DNA of 32,000 nucleotides from Clostridia bacterium (GTDB lineage: Bacteria; Bacillota; Clostridia; TANB77; RGIG9151), in the NCBI GenBank assembly GCA_017450465.1, contig JAFSUW010000021.1:22570-54569 (forward strand). The letters run 5' to 3'. Position numbers and translations under genes: made by a program. This document shows, one piece after another, positions 7,712 through 17,655 of the stretch (positions within the stretch are counted from its first letter, which is position 1; each line of letters begins with the position of its first letter). The notes beneath the pieces are model-generated. The model had not been told where the DNA came from, ran no database searches, and was given only the letters and a program-made list of their open reading frames with translations.

Positions 7712-7730
7712 TAGTTTCCATAAAAAAAGT

Positions 7731-7760
7731 TTAAAAAATAAGAACACCTTTTAGGTGCTC
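7731..7760 (-). terminator. Rho-independent terminator of the LtaS-family gene
   Basis: Minus-sense GAGCACCTaaaAGGTGTTC followed by TTATTTTTTAA, just after the stop at 7768. Confidence 0.65.
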
Positions 7761-7767
7761 CTATTTT

Positions 7768-9750
7768 TTAATTAAATAAGTAATTATAATAATCATTTTT
7801 TACAATCATTTTACTTATGTTTAATCTATTATCTACAATGTCACTTATACTTTTTACATACCCTTCAGGTACTTCATCATCCTTTGCTACAAACTTCCGC
7901 GTATTCGCATAATAAGTTCCTTCTTCTGTAACCCAACTATGATTATACATTATTGCTATACCTAAAGCATCTGAAAGTATATCTTTGCCTACAAGTAGTC
8001 TTGAATCATACTCTATACCAAACAAATTACATACAGTAGGCAAAACATCAATCGACATACATGGCTTTGTAACATGAATATCTTCTAATTGATTATTCCA
8101 TATTATAAGTGAATTATGATTTACTTCTACTACATCATCACGCGTATAATCAGATAAACTATTTATATCCTGCATACTTAATTTATATGGATAATGGTCT
8201 GCAAGTAACACTATTACTGTATTATCTAATTTCCCAGCATCGCTAAGTGCATTTATTAACCGCTCTAGTGCTTTATCTAGCTCAATTTGGGTTGCAATAT
8301 ACGCTCTAGCATCTTCTGATAAATTTAACTCTTTAACAGCTTCTTTATTTTTTATTGCCATGCTATTGCCAACAAAAGTATAAGGAAAATGCCCTGATAC
8401 CGTCATATAATATGCTAAAAATGGCTCTCCTTTGCCAATATAATCAGAAACTGTAACTTCTATCATCTCATCATCGCTCTGTGGCCACTTATTACAGTTC
8501 ATTCGCTTCTCCATGCCATTATATTGTCCAAGAAAATTATCAAAGCCCTGACTTTTCATATATTTATTCCTATCTTGGAAAGTATATGAATTGTTATGAT
8601 ACGCATATGTACTATACCCCAAGTTTTTGAAAGTAGTTCCTAAACCGTATGGAAAGTAATTTTTACCACTGCGCCATTTCGTTAGAATTGAAGAATTAGG
8701 ATATAGTCCTGTTAACGACTGGAACTCGCCACCAATTGTTGATAATACATTTGGCGTATAGTAGTTATCGAAAATAAAACCACTATGTGTCAATTTATAT
8801 AGTGTTGGCGTCAATTCTTCTGATATACCAATTTGGCTAAAACTCTCTGCAGTTATATAAATAAGATTATAATCCTTAAAAATACCTGTGTATTCATTTT
8901 GACTTGTCGGCTCATCATTCATTATATACTCGTTAATTGTTTTTATTTCTTTATTTGCTGTTTCTTTAAAATCGAGTTCTAATTCGTTATTACCATATTC
9001 AACAACTTTCTCGACATTTTCAATGTTGTTACTCGAAATATCACTCACAAAAACTTGCTTAATTTTTTGCTCAAAACCAAAAATTAACCTGTAAAATTCT
9101 AAAGTATATGAATTAAGCACTCCAAGCGTATTTATACTAATCGAAACATCATTAACATTGTGATACAACTCATATGCTCCATTTATATCATTTATAGATA
9201 CATTAACACGATGAATAAACAGGCCACATGAAAATATAAAAATAAGCACATAAATAATAAAATTACTTAAACTATTTTTCTGCAATTTGATTTTTTTACG
9301 GAAAAGCATATAGATAATAAATGGCATCATAAAAGCGACAATATAAATAGTGTTCTTAAAAACCAACTTAACTACATCTTCAGAAAAACTAAATATTTGA
9401 TCACTTAAGCCCAAATTAGACAACGAAAAATATACTTTAAACGTATGATAAAACACACATTGAATTGAAAACATTACTCCTATGATAAACAAAATAATTG
9501 ACGTAAGTACTGCATTTACCTTATCCTTAAACAAGCACGTTATAATACTTAATATTGCAGACGCCATAAATACATATAGCACAATATTAATGATATGCCG
9601 TCTTTGATATGTATTAAACATGACAAAAGCAAAGAAAAACTCTAAAAACAACAATGAAAATAGCCAAAACACATATGTTTTGGCTATGTTAAATATTTTT
9701 TCATGGTTTTTATCAAAAAAATCCTTTACTTTAGGCACTATACTTAACAT
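7768..9750 (-). CDS. LTA synthase family protein (polytopic N-terminus plus extracellular sulfatase/alkaline-phosphatase-superfamily domain)
   Basis: About five N-terminal TM helices, then LIYITAESFS...STIGGEFQSLTGLYP, typical of LtaS-like sulfatase domains. The ATG at 9750 is preceded by AGGGGA. The ORF track start at 9807 is a TTG with no SD. Confidence 0.85.
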   Translation of the reverse strand: MLSIVPKVKDFFDKNHEKIFNIAKTYVFWLFSLLFLEFFFAFVMFNTYQRRHIINIVLYVFMASAILSIITCLFKDKVNAVLTSIILFIIGVMFSIQCVFYHTFKVYFSLSNLGLSDQIFSFSEDVVKLVFKNTIYIVAFMMPFIIYMLFRKKIKLQKNSLSNFIIYVLIFIFSCGLFIHRVNVSINDINGAYELYHNVNDVSISINTLGVLNSYTLEFYRLIFGFEQKIKQVFVSDISSNNIENVEKVVEYGNNELELDFKETANKEIKTINEYIMNDEPTSQNEYTGIFKDYNLIYITAESFSQIGISEELTPTLYKLTHSGFIFDNYYTPNVLSTIGGEFQSLTGLYPNSSILTKWRSGKNYFPYGLGTTFKNLGYSTYAYHNNSYTFQDRNKYMKSQGFDNFLGQYNGMEKRMNCNKWPQSDDEMIEVTVSDYIGKGEPFLAYYMTVSGHFPYTFVGNSMAIKNKEAVKELNLSEDARAYIATQIELDKALERLINALSDAGKLDNTVIVLLADHYPYKLSMQDINSLSDYTRDDVVEVNHNSLIIWNNQLEDIHVTKPCMSIDVLPTVCNLFGIEYDSRLLVGKDILSDALGIAIMYNHSWVTEEGTYYANTRKFVAKDDEVPEGYVKSISDIVDNRLNISKMIVKNDYYNYLFN

Positions 9751-9824
9751 TATAATCCCCTGTCTTTTGTATAATTTATTACACTTCCATACTACTTTTT
9801 TCAACAAATTTTTTCAAGTTATTT

Positions 9825-10523
9825 TTAATTTTTTTCCAATAATATTTGATCCATTTGACTTTCGGTTAGATATTTATACTTAACCATTTTTTCTGCGACT
9901 TGTCTTTGACGCTGTTTAGTAAGTTCAGGATTTTTGGTTGGTGCATATACACTAGGTGCATTGGGAATACCTGCAAGCATTATACATTCATAATCCGTCA
10001 TGTCTTTTAATTCTTTATTAAAATACCCCATACATGCTTCTTTGGCTGTATAATAACCATCACCAAAATAACTCGTATTTAAGTACATTTCTAAAATATC
10101 ATTCTTACTATAGTACTTTTCTAATGTGACAGCCATAAAAATCTCTGCAATTTTACGCGTCAGTTCTCTTCTTTGCGTAAAATAAATGTTTTTACATAGC
10201 TGTTGCGTTATGGTACTGCCACCTTCCGCAAGTTTCATAAATCTTATATCATTTATTATTGCACGCAAAATAGAAATTACATCAACACCATTGTGTAAAT
10301 AAAATCTGCGGTCTTCAGCTGCTATTACCGCATCTAAATACATTTTAGGCATCTCATTTAGCGTAGCATAATTATTTTTTTGCTTTATGCTTGATACTTT
10401 TATATCAAGTGGTTCCGCTTCGAGTGCTTTTTCATATTCAAAATAGCCAAGTGCTGTAAAAACGCCTATAACAAATGATATTAATAGAATAATAATTAAT
10501 AATACCCTTCTTAAAATTTTCAT
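9825..10523 (-). CDS. Monofunctional biosynthetic peptidoglycan transglycosylase (GT51)
   Basis: N-terminal TM anchor. Motifs AVIAAEDRRFYLHNGVD and GGSTITQQLCKN are diagnostic GT51 motifs. Confidence 0.9.
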   Translation of the reverse strand: MKILRRVLLIIILLISFVIGVFTALGYFEYEKALEAEPLDIKVSSIKQKNNYATLNEMPKMYLDAVIAAEDRRFYLHNGVDVISILRAIINDIRFMKLAEGGSTITQQLCKNIYFTQRRELTRKIAEIFMAVTLEKYYSKNDILEMYLNTSYFGDGYYTAKEACMGYFNKELKDMTDYECIMLAGIPNAPSVYAPTKNPELTKQRQRQVAEKMVKYKYLTESQMDQILLEKN

Positions 10524-10539
10524 AATTTTCTTCCTTAGT

Positions 10540-11298
10540 TTATTGATAATCTACTACATCAATCCATTTATTCAACATTTCATGATTTTCATCTTCTTTT
10601 AATAACTGTGTCGCAGCAACTATTGGTATCCAACGCTGAATATGTGTCTTTGGTATACCACTTTTTTCAGAAAACAAAGTTAAATACTTATCTGCAATTT
10701 CTTCTCTACCATGCAAAGAGAATATTAAAAATGTTCTTGCGCTATCTGCAGAAGCATTACCTTGTGTTACATGTGCCCAATCAATTATATAATGTTCACC
10801 GCTATTTGTTACAATTATGTTTGCAGGATTAAAATCACCGTGGCAAAGTTTATTATGGTCTTCCATTCCAGAAAGCCGATGAAGTAGTTCGAATCTTGTT
10901 GCTTCATCTAAATTTTTTGCTTCTGTCAGTTTCCTTTTAAACTTGTCCTTTATTCTATTAAGTAGTGGCACTTCATGATCTAACACTTCTAACTGAATAT
11001 CTACAAACATTTCTAGATATTCATCTAACTTTTCTGGATTTTCTTCCATTAGTGTTTTTAATGTTTTACCTTCTATATAATTTGAAACAATGCCCCATCT
11101 TTCGCCAATTTTAGCAACTTCAATGAGCTTTGGAATTTTTAAGTCTGTGCCTTCCTCTACTCTTGCTTGATTTAATGCCTCATTTAGCACATTCGCTTTA
11201 CTATAATTTTCTACATACAATTTTATCGTTTTGTCGCCATCACGATAAACATTCTTGTTATTCTTCGAAGCAATTTCATTATTTAAATTATAGTTCAT
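10540..11298 (-). CDS. Aminoglycoside phosphotransferase (APH)/choline-kinase-fold kinase family protein
   Basis: Brenner-type catalytic motif CHGDFNPANIIV and a downstream IIDW. The ATG overlaps the adhE stop (TAATG). Confidence 0.8.
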   Translation of the reverse strand: MNYNLNNEIASKNNKNVYRDGDKTIKLYVENYSKANVLNEALNQARVEEGTDLKIPKLIEVAKIGERWGIVSNYIEGKTLKTLMEENPEKLDEYLEMFVDIQLEVLDHEVPLLNRIKDKFKRKLTEAKNLDEATRFELLHRLSGMEDHNKLCHGDFNPANIIVTNSGEHYIIDWAHVTQGNASADSARTFLIFSLHGREEIADKYLTLFSEKSGIPKTHIQRWIPIVAATQLLKEDENHEMLNKWIDVVDYQ

Positions 11299-13910
11299 TA
11301 TTTCCCCTCCCCATAATAAACCTTCTTATAAATCTCTTTTAAGTCATCTATTAATGGATATCTTGGATTTGCACCTGTGCATTGGTCATCAAATGCTTGT
11401 TCAGACATCTCATCTAAACTATTTAAGAATGCCTCTTCGGATATTCCATAATCCTTGATTGTATGTTTTATTTCAACAGCATCTTTTAATTCATCAATTT
11501 TTGCAAGTAATTTATTGAGTTTTTCAGTATCATCCTTTCCTTCAATACCTAAACTTTCTGCAATTTCTGCATAACGTCTTAATGTATGTGGATACTCATA
11601 TTGAGGGAATGTACCCATTTTTTCAGGTGCTTCTTCAGCATTATACTTCATTACTTCATTTATTAGTAAACAAACCGTTACACCATGTGCTAAGTGATGG
11701 AATGCTCCAAGTTTATGCCCCATTGAGTGTGCTATACCAAGGAAAGCATTAGCAAAAGCCATACCAGCAATAGTTGCCGCATGTGCCATTTTTTCACGTG
11801 CTTCTGGGTCTTCTGCACCTTTTTCATATGCTCGTGGCAAATAGGTAAATATAAGTTTTATTGCTTCTAACGCTAGTGCATCAGTAAACTCTGTTGCCAT
11901 CATTGATGCATATGCTTCAATTGCATGAACTAAAGCGTCAACACCGGATGCAGCAGTAAGTCCTTTTGGTGCATTCATCATCATATCTGCATCTACTATT
12001 GCCATTTTTGGCATAAGTTCATAATCAGCAAGCGGATATTTAACACCTGTTTTTTCATCTGTTATTACCGCAAACGGAGTTACTTCAGAACCCGTTCCAG
12101 CAGATGTTGGAATTGCTATAAAATATGCTTTTTCACCCATTTTAGGGAAAGTATATACTCTTTTTCTAATATCCATAAAACGCATAGCCATATCGAGGAA
12201 ATCTACTTCTGGATGCTCATATAGTACCCACATTATTTTCGCTGCATCCATAGCGGAACCACCACCAATAGCAATTATGCAGTCTGGCTTAAACTCGTTC
12301 ATAAGCTTTGCGCCTTCTAATGTGCAACTTAAGTTTGGATCAGGTGCCACATTTGAAAAAGTAGTGTGTTCAATACCAAGGACATTTAATTTATCTGTAA
12401 CTACTCTTGTGTAGCCATTTTCAAACAAAAAGCTATCCGTTACAATAAATACTCTTTTCTTGCCTAAAACATCTTTTAATTCCTCAAGTGCAACAGGGAT
12501 GCAACCTCTTTTGATATATACCTTTTCAGGTGCTCTCATCCAAAGCATATTATTTCTCCTCTCTGCAACGTGCTTATAATTTAATAAGTGTTTCACTCCA
12601 ACGTTATCTGAAATAGAATTTCCTCCCCACGAACCACAGCCAAGTGTAAGTGAAGGGGTTAGCATGAAGTTATATAAATCTCCAATACCACCTTGTGATG
12701 ACGGTGTATTTATAACAACACGGCAAGTCTTCATCGTGCTAGTGAATTTATCTATTTTCTTTTGGCCATGAATTACATCTATAAATAACGAAGATGTGTG
12801 ACCGATTCCTCCGTCGTTTATGAGGTGCTCTGCCTTTCCTATCGCATCATTAAAGTCTTTTGCTTTATACATTGCAAGTACTGGAGATAGCTTCTCGTGT
12901 GCAAATTCTTCGCTTATATCTACTTTTTCTACCTCACCTATTAAAACTTTTGTTGTATCTGGCACTATTATTCCAGCTAAACTTGCTATAGTAGTCGCCT
13001 TTTGCCCTACTATTTTTGCATTTAATGCACCGTTTATAATAATTGTCTTTCTAACTTTATTTATCTCATCATCATTTAAGAAATATGACCCACGCTTTTT
13101 AAATTCATCTTTTACTTTATCATATATCTTTTCATCAACAATAACCGACTGCTCCGACGCACAAATCATACCATTATCGAATGTTTTTGAATGTATTATA
13201 GAATTAACCGCTAAAACTACATCAGCACTTTCATCTATAACCGCTGGTGTATTTCCTGCACCAACGCCTAATGCTGGTTTTCCACTTGAATATGCGGATT
13301 TTACCATGCCCGGTCCACCTGTTGCTAAAATGGTATCAGCCGAACTCATTAAAAGCGTTGTAAGTTCTAGCGAAGGCACATCTATCCAGGCAATTATGTT
13401 TTCTGGTGCTCCTGCCTTTACCGCTGCTTCTAGAACAATTTTTGCAGCCTCTATTGTAGATTTCTTTGCCCGTGGGTGAGGACTTATGATAATACCATTT
13501 CGTGTTTTTAATGATATTAGCGTCTTAAAAATCGCTGTTGACGTTGGATTTGTCGTAGGAATAACAGCAGCAATAACGCCTATTGGCTCTGCAATAGTTT
13601 TCATACCATATTCCTTATTTTCCTCTATTACTCCACAAGTTTTCGTGTCTTTGTATTTATTGTAAATATACTCAGCAGCATAATGATTTTTAATAACTTT
13701 ATCTTCCACAACACCCATTCCTGTTTCTTCTACCGCAAGTTTAGCAAGTGGTATACGAGCCGCATTTGCCGCAATTGATGCCGCTAAAAATATTTTATCT
13801 ACTTTCTCTTGTGAAAATTTTGAAAATTCCTCTTGTGCCTTTTTTACTTTGGCAAATACTTTATTAAAAGATTCCACATCCTGAACAATATCGTATTGCA
13901 TATTATCCAT
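11298..13910 (-). CDS. adhE: Bifunctional acetaldehyde-CoA/alcohol dehydrogenase
   Basis: 870 aa. N-terminal aldehyde dehydrogenase domain plus a C-terminal iron-type alcohol dehydrogenase domain (GGGSAMDAAK, metal-binding His cluster HSMGHKLGAFHHLAHG). Confidence 0.95.
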   Translation of the reverse strand: MDNMQYDIVQDVESFNKVFAKVKKAQEEFSKFSQEKVDKIFLAASIAANAARIPLAKLAVEETGMGVVEDKVIKNHYAAEYIYNKYKDTKTCGVIEENKEYGMKTIAEPIGVIAAVIPTTNPTSTAIFKTLISLKTRNGIIISPHPRAKKSTIEAAKIVLEAAVKAGAPENIIAWIDVPSLELTTLLMSSADTILATGGPGMVKSAYSSGKPALGVGAGNTPAVIDESADVVLAVNSIIHSKTFDNGMICASEQSVIVDEKIYDKVKDEFKKRGSYFLNDDEINKVRKTIIINGALNAKIVGQKATTIASLAGIIVPDTTKVLIGEVEKVDISEEFAHEKLSPVLAMYKAKDFNDAIGKAEHLINDGGIGHTSSLFIDVIHGQKKIDKFTSTMKTCRVVINTPSSQGGIGDLYNFMLTPSLTLGCGSWGGNSISDNVGVKHLLNYKHVAERRNNMLWMRAPEKVYIKRGCIPVALEELKDVLGKKRVFIVTDSFLFENGYTRVVTDKLNVLGIEHTTFSNVAPDPNLSCTLEGAKLMNEFKPDCIIAIGGGSAMDAAKIMWVLYEHPEVDFLDMAMRFMDIRKRVYTFPKMGEKAYFIAIPTSAGTGSEVTPFAVITDEKTGVKYPLADYELMPKMAIVDADMMMNAPKGLTAASGVDALVHAIEAYASMMATEFTDALALEAIKLIFTYLPRAYEKGAEDPEAREKMAHAATIAGMAFANAFLGIAHSMGHKLGAFHHLAHGVTVCLLINEVMKYNAEEAPEKMGTFPQYEYPHTLRRYAEIAESLGIEGKDDTEKLNKLLAKIDELKDAVEIKHTIKDYGISEEAFLNSLDEMSEQAFDDQCTGANPRYPLIDDLKEIYKKVYYGEGK

Positions 13911-13919
13911 CCTTCCGTT

Positions 13920-14171
13920 TTATTTATGTGTATTAAGCCACTTTTCTGCATACGAACATGTAGCAGTTACTTTATAGCCCCTACTTTCGATTTCATGGAC
14001 TGCCATTTCTACTAAAATACTCGCCACTCCTTGCCCACGCAAACTATCGTCGACAAAAGTATGAAAAATATTATATACGTTATCTTGTTCTTTGCTAAAT
14101 TCAATTTCTGCTAAAACTTTTCCTTCGTCATTTTCCGCATAAATACGATTTTCAGTGATTTTATATTCCAT
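13920..14171 (-). CDS. Small GNAT-family N-acetyltransferase
   Basis: MEYKITENRIYAEN...FVDDSLRGQGVASILVEMAV, where the R/Q-x-x-G-x-A motif marks an acetyl-CoA site. The start at 14171 is preceded by AAAGGAA. The ORF track extends it to 14258 without support. Confidence 0.75.
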   Translation of the reverse strand: MEYKITENRIYAENDEGKVLAEIEFSKEQDNVYNIFHTFVDDSLRGQGVASILVEMAVHEIESRGYKVTATCSYAEKWLNTHK

Positions 14172-14344
14172 AAAACCATTCCTTTCTACAATATTATATG
14201 AAAAAAAAATTAAAACAACAAGTAAATTTTTAACAAAAAAACATGCCAATTTGAACATTTAAAATTATCACATGTTTTTTACATAACGTAATAATTAAAA
14301 GTTGCTTAAATGGCATAATAATCTACTTTGGTGGTTTATATAAT

Positions 14345-14393
14345 TGTGGTCAGTTGCCCCCGTCCCTTTTGACAAACCTGTCCCTCGTGACCA
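14345..14393. repeat. Copy 1 of a conserved 31-nt element plus a tandem partial copy, abutting a TAG stop
   Basis: TGTGGTCAGTTGCCCCCGTCCCTTTTGACAA (14345-14375) matches 27884-27914 at 29 of 31 positions. It is followed by ACCTGTCCCTCGTGACCAC (14376-14393), a second GTCCCT..TGAC.A unit. The outer inverted repeat is GTGGTCA (14346-14352) / TGACCAC (14387-14393). Confidence 0.85.
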
Positions 14394-15068
14394 CTATACT
14401 TTTTTCTTTATCAATAAGTGATAGTGGTACGAATTTAAATATTCGTCGTCTACTTTATCATGATATGTTACTACTTGGAATATATTTATTATTTCAAAAT
14501 CTTTAAATAATTCTGTTGCTAGTTTATAATCCACATAAAAGTGTGGCACTTTATATTCTGGGCCTTCTTCCATTCTAAGTCGCGTATTTGGGTCTATAAG
14601 TGGCCAATTTTCCTGATTAAATCCCCATGTATCTTTTGAGCCAAGTGTTAAATAACATTCACCATTATCTTTTAATACTCTATATATTTCACTTACAACT
14701 TTTTTCATACCTTCTGTATCTGTATGCGATATTACATTTCTACACAATATACAGTCAATTTGTCCATCTTTATAAGGAAGGTTTAACATGTCGCCAACTT
14801 TATAGTCTAGGTTTAGGTTTAAGCTTTCTGCCCAAGATTTTGTCTTATCTATTGCCTCGCTACTTATATCAAAACAGTGTACATTAAAATCATTTTTACC
14901 AAATAAAATAGAATGTCTACCAAGCCCACAACCTAGGTCTAGAAAATCTTTTTTCCCTTGTGAACCCCAACGATTAAGAAGATAGTAAGATTCAATGCTT
15001 GGATTTTTCCAAACACTTTTTTCATCTGCCTCAACAATGTTCCAATTCCAACCTTTTGATTCAACCAT
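14394..15068 (-). CDS. Class I SAM-dependent methyltransferase
   Basis: FLDLGCGLGRHS motif I, acidic residue (FD) after beta-2, LKDNGECYL motif. AAGGAGGG SD. Confidence 0.85.
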   Translation of the reverse strand: MVESKGWNWNIVEADEKSVWKNPSIESYYLLNRWGSQGKKDFLDLGCGLGRHSILFGKNDFNVHCFDISSEAIDKTKSWAESLNLNLDYKVGDMLNLPYKDGQIDCILCRNVISHTDTEGMKKVVSEIYRVLKDNGECYLTLGSKDTWGFNQENWPLIDPNTRLRMEEGPEYKVPHFYVDYKLATELFKDFEIINIFQVVTYHDKVDDEYLNSYHYHLLIKKKV

Positions 15069-15080
15069 AAAAATCCCTCC

Positions 15081-15584
15081 TTAATTTTTGGTAATGCCTG
15101 GAATACCAACAACTGTTGCTCCATCTTCTACATTCTTTAGCACAACACTATTTGCTCCTATTTTTACATTATTACCAATCTTTATCGGTCCAAGTATTTT
15201 TGCTCCTGCGCCTATCATAACATTGTTGCCTATGTCCGGATGCCTTTTATTTTTGTCTTTACCTGTTCCTCCTAATGTCACATTGTGATATATAGTACAG
15301 TTATCTCCTATTGTTGCTGTTTCTCCTATTACCACGCCCATTCCGTGGTCTATAAATAAATTATTGCCTATTTTAGCACCTGGATGTATTTCAATACCCG
15401 TTAAAAATCGTGATATCTGTGATATTAGTCTTGCACAAAAATATAGTTTTTTTATGTATAAAAAATGTGCTATTTTATGCAAAACTACTGCATGAAAACC
15501 AGGATATAATAAAAATACTTCAAGCAAATTTCTACACGCTGGATCTTTATTTAATATGTTTTTCGCATCATTCATTAAACTCAT
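15081..15584 (-). CDS. cysE: Serine O-acetyltransferase (short form)
   Basis: 167 aa. N-terminal SAT-like helix region ([20 protein letters not shown]) followed by hexapeptide repeats ([29 protein letters not shown]). Confidence 0.85.
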   Translation of the reverse strand: MSLMNDAKNILNKDPACRNLLEVFLLYPGFHAVVLHKIAHFLYIKKLYFCARLISQISRFLTGIEIHPGAKIGNNLFIDHGMGVVIGETATIGDNCTIYHNVTLGGTGKDKNKRHPDIGNNVMIGAGAKILGPIKIGNNVKIGANSVVLKNVEDGATVVGIPGITKN

Positions 15585-15631
15585 AAAAAATCACCTTACT
15601 CATTATATGAATAGTGTGATTTTTAGGTTCG

Positions 15632-16315
15632 TTAATTTTGCTTCATAAGCTCCTTCATAAGGTTTAAATCATCGTATGTCGTAATTTTTATGTTTGAATA
15701 ATCCCCTTCTAAAATTTTTACTTTATAGTCTCCTTCCTCAAGAAGCATACAATCATCCGTTACATCCTTAGTTTTATATTTTTCGTGCATTTTTAATAAA
15801 GTATCTCTATCAAAACACTGTGGTGTTTGAATTAACCATGTATTACTTCTATTTGTCGTATTAATTACAAGACCGTTTTCGTCAGTTATTTTTATCGTAT
15901 CTTTAGACTTAACTCCAATTGCTACTCCCTTAAACTCATTCATACTTTCAACACATTTATTAATGTAATCTTGTTTAATGAATGCTCTGGCTCCATCATG
16001 GATAATTACAATATCTGCATTCGTAGATTTAATAGAGTTATATACAGACGCCTTCCTTGAATCCCCGCCTACTACTATGTCTACTTTCTTTTGCAAATTT
16101 TCTTTTTTTATAATACTTTCTACAACAGGAATTTCATCTTTCTTTACCGCTATTATTATATTATCTATATATTTATTTTTGTCAAACTCAGTTAAACTAT
16201 AAAATAGTACCTGTTTCCCATTTATTATTTCTAAGTTTTTGTTTTTATTTTGCCCATACCTTACACTATTTCCTGCGGCCAAAATTACTGCTGTAACTTT
16301 TTTATTATATATCAA
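15632..16315 (-). CDS. ispD: 2-C-methyl-D-erythritol 4-phosphate cytidylyltransferase
   Basis: VILAAGNSVRYG P-loop-like motif. The likely TTG start at 16315 is preceded by AAGGGGGAG. The ORF track start at 16363 would overlap ispE by 59 nt. Confidence 0.9.
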   Translation of the reverse strand: MIYNKKVTAVILAAGNSVRYGQNKNKNLEIINGKQVLFYSLTEFDKNKYIDNIIIAVKKDEIPVVESIIKKENLQKKVDIVVGGDSRKASVYNSIKSTNADIVIIHDGARAFIKQDYINKCVESMNEFKGVAIGVKSKDTIKITDENGLVINTTNRSNTWLIQTPQCFDRDTLLKMHEKYKTKDVTDDCMLLEEGDYKVKILEGDYSNIKITTYDDLNLMKELMKQN

Positions 16316-17180
16316 AATAACTCCCCCTTTTAGAGTTATAAGACAAGCATATATAAGTTTCATAACTTAGTTTTATCTTTTCATATGCATTTTTGGCTAT
16401 TTTTTTACTATCAAAAATACCATAAACGCATGAACCAGAGCCAGTCATCAAACTACCAAATGCGCCAAACTTTATTAATTCGTTTTTTATATTAATAATT
16501 TCTTCTTTATCCGCTATTGTCTCTTCAAATGAATTATATAAATTATCTGCGACTATTTTTACATTATGTTCCTTAAGCCCTTTTACAATTTCATCTGTTT
16601 TATCTAATACATTATTTTTTCCTTGTTCATCTATTTTCTTATACATACTACCTGTATCACACGCAAATTTTGGCTTTACTATCACAATATAATACTTAAA
16701 ATCTGTATCTATTGATGTTATTATATCGCCAATTCCCTCCGCTATTAAGGCATTATTATAGAAACAAGGTACAACATCTGCTCCAATGCTACTGCCTATT
16801 TTTTTCATTTCTTCTTTAGATAAACCTAAACCAAATAATTCATTAATACCCAATATAAAACTTGCACAATCAGTACTTCCCCCGGCAAGTCCTGCTTGCA
16901 TTGGTATTTTCTTTTTTAGCACTACCCTTACTCCAAAAATTTTATAACTTTCTTTTAACTTCATATATGCTTTATAAATAATATTTTTGTCGCCTTTTAT
17001 GCTCTCTACATTAGTTTCGATTTCTAATTTATCAGTATCCGTCTTATATATGTATAATTCATCATATAAATTAACCTTTTGAAACACTGACTTAATATTA
17101 TGATAATTATCTTCTCTCTTATTTAGCACCATAAGTGTTAAATTTATTTTTGCCCTTGCCTTTTTGTATATCATATCCAT
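16305..17180 (-). CDS. ispE: 4-diphosphocytidyl-2-C-methyl-D-erythritol kinase
   Basis: AKINLTL N-terminus and the GHMP kinase motif PMQAGLAGGSTD. The start at 17180 (or 17174) lies 2 nt after the ispF stop. Confidence 0.9.
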   Translation of the reverse strand: MDMIYKKARAKINLTLMVLNKREDNYHNIKSVFQKVNLYDELYIYKTDTDKLEIETNVESIKGDKNIIYKAYMKLKESYKIFGVRVVLKKKIPMQAGLAGGSTDCASFILGINELFGLGLSKEEMKKIGSSIGADVVPCFYNNALIAEGIGDIITSIDTDFKYYIVIVKPKFACDTGSMYKKIDEQGKNNVLDKTDEIVKGLKEHNVKIVADNLYNSFEETIADKEEIINIKNELIKFGAFGSLMTGSGSCVYGIFDSKKIAKNAYEKIKLSYETYICLSYNSKRGSYFDI

Positions 17181-17182
17181 AA

Positions 17183-17644
17183 CTATTCGACCGTAATACA
17201 AGCGAACGCACTTATACCATTGCCCTTTCCAAACTCAGTTAACCCTTCACCAGAAGTCGCAGTTATCCCCACTTGATTTTCATTTATACTCAATATTCTT
17301 GCAATATTTTTTCTCATATCGTTAATTTTGGGGCTTATCTTAGGGGTTTTGCATTCAATAGAAATAGATAAATGCACTATTTGACTATCTAGATATGTAA
17401 GTGCAAGTTTTAAATACTCCTCACTATTTGTTATTCCTTTACTACACATATCATCTGCTACTTTTCCTAATACATTTTCACATGTAATACCTGAAACCGC
17501 GTTTGTAATAGCATGTAAAACAACATCTCCATCACTATTAGCTACTGTCGAATATTTTTCATCAAATTCTACTCCGCCCAATATTAATTTTTTATTGCTG
17601 TTGTCCTCTAATTTATGGCTATCTTGCCCTATTGCTACTCTCAT
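17183..17644 (-). CDS. ispF: 2-C-methyl-D-erythritol 2,4-cyclodiphosphate synthase
   Basis: MRVAIGQDSHKL...SDGDVVLHA...ISIECKTPKI are typical IspF metal- and substrate-binding motifs. 153 aa. Confidence 0.9.
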   Translation of the reverse strand: MRVAIGQDSHKLEDNSNKKLILGGVEFDEKYSTVANSDGDVVLHAITNAVSGITCENVLGKVADDMCSKGITNSEEYLKLALTYLDSQIVHLSISIECKTPKISPKINDMRKNIARILSINENQVGITATSGEGLTEFGKGNGISAFACITVE

Positions 17645-17655
17645 ATTTCTCTCCT

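Noticed and set aside
12820-13479. A 219-aa plus-strand ORF antisense to adhE, and similar 60-125-aa plus-strand ORFs inside other minus-strand genes (for example 318..608, 5616..5993, 28144..28515, 28636..29286)
   Set aside because: These are shadow ORFs within well-supported genes. They have low-complexity or hydrophobic compositions, and they lack SD sequences and any family motif.
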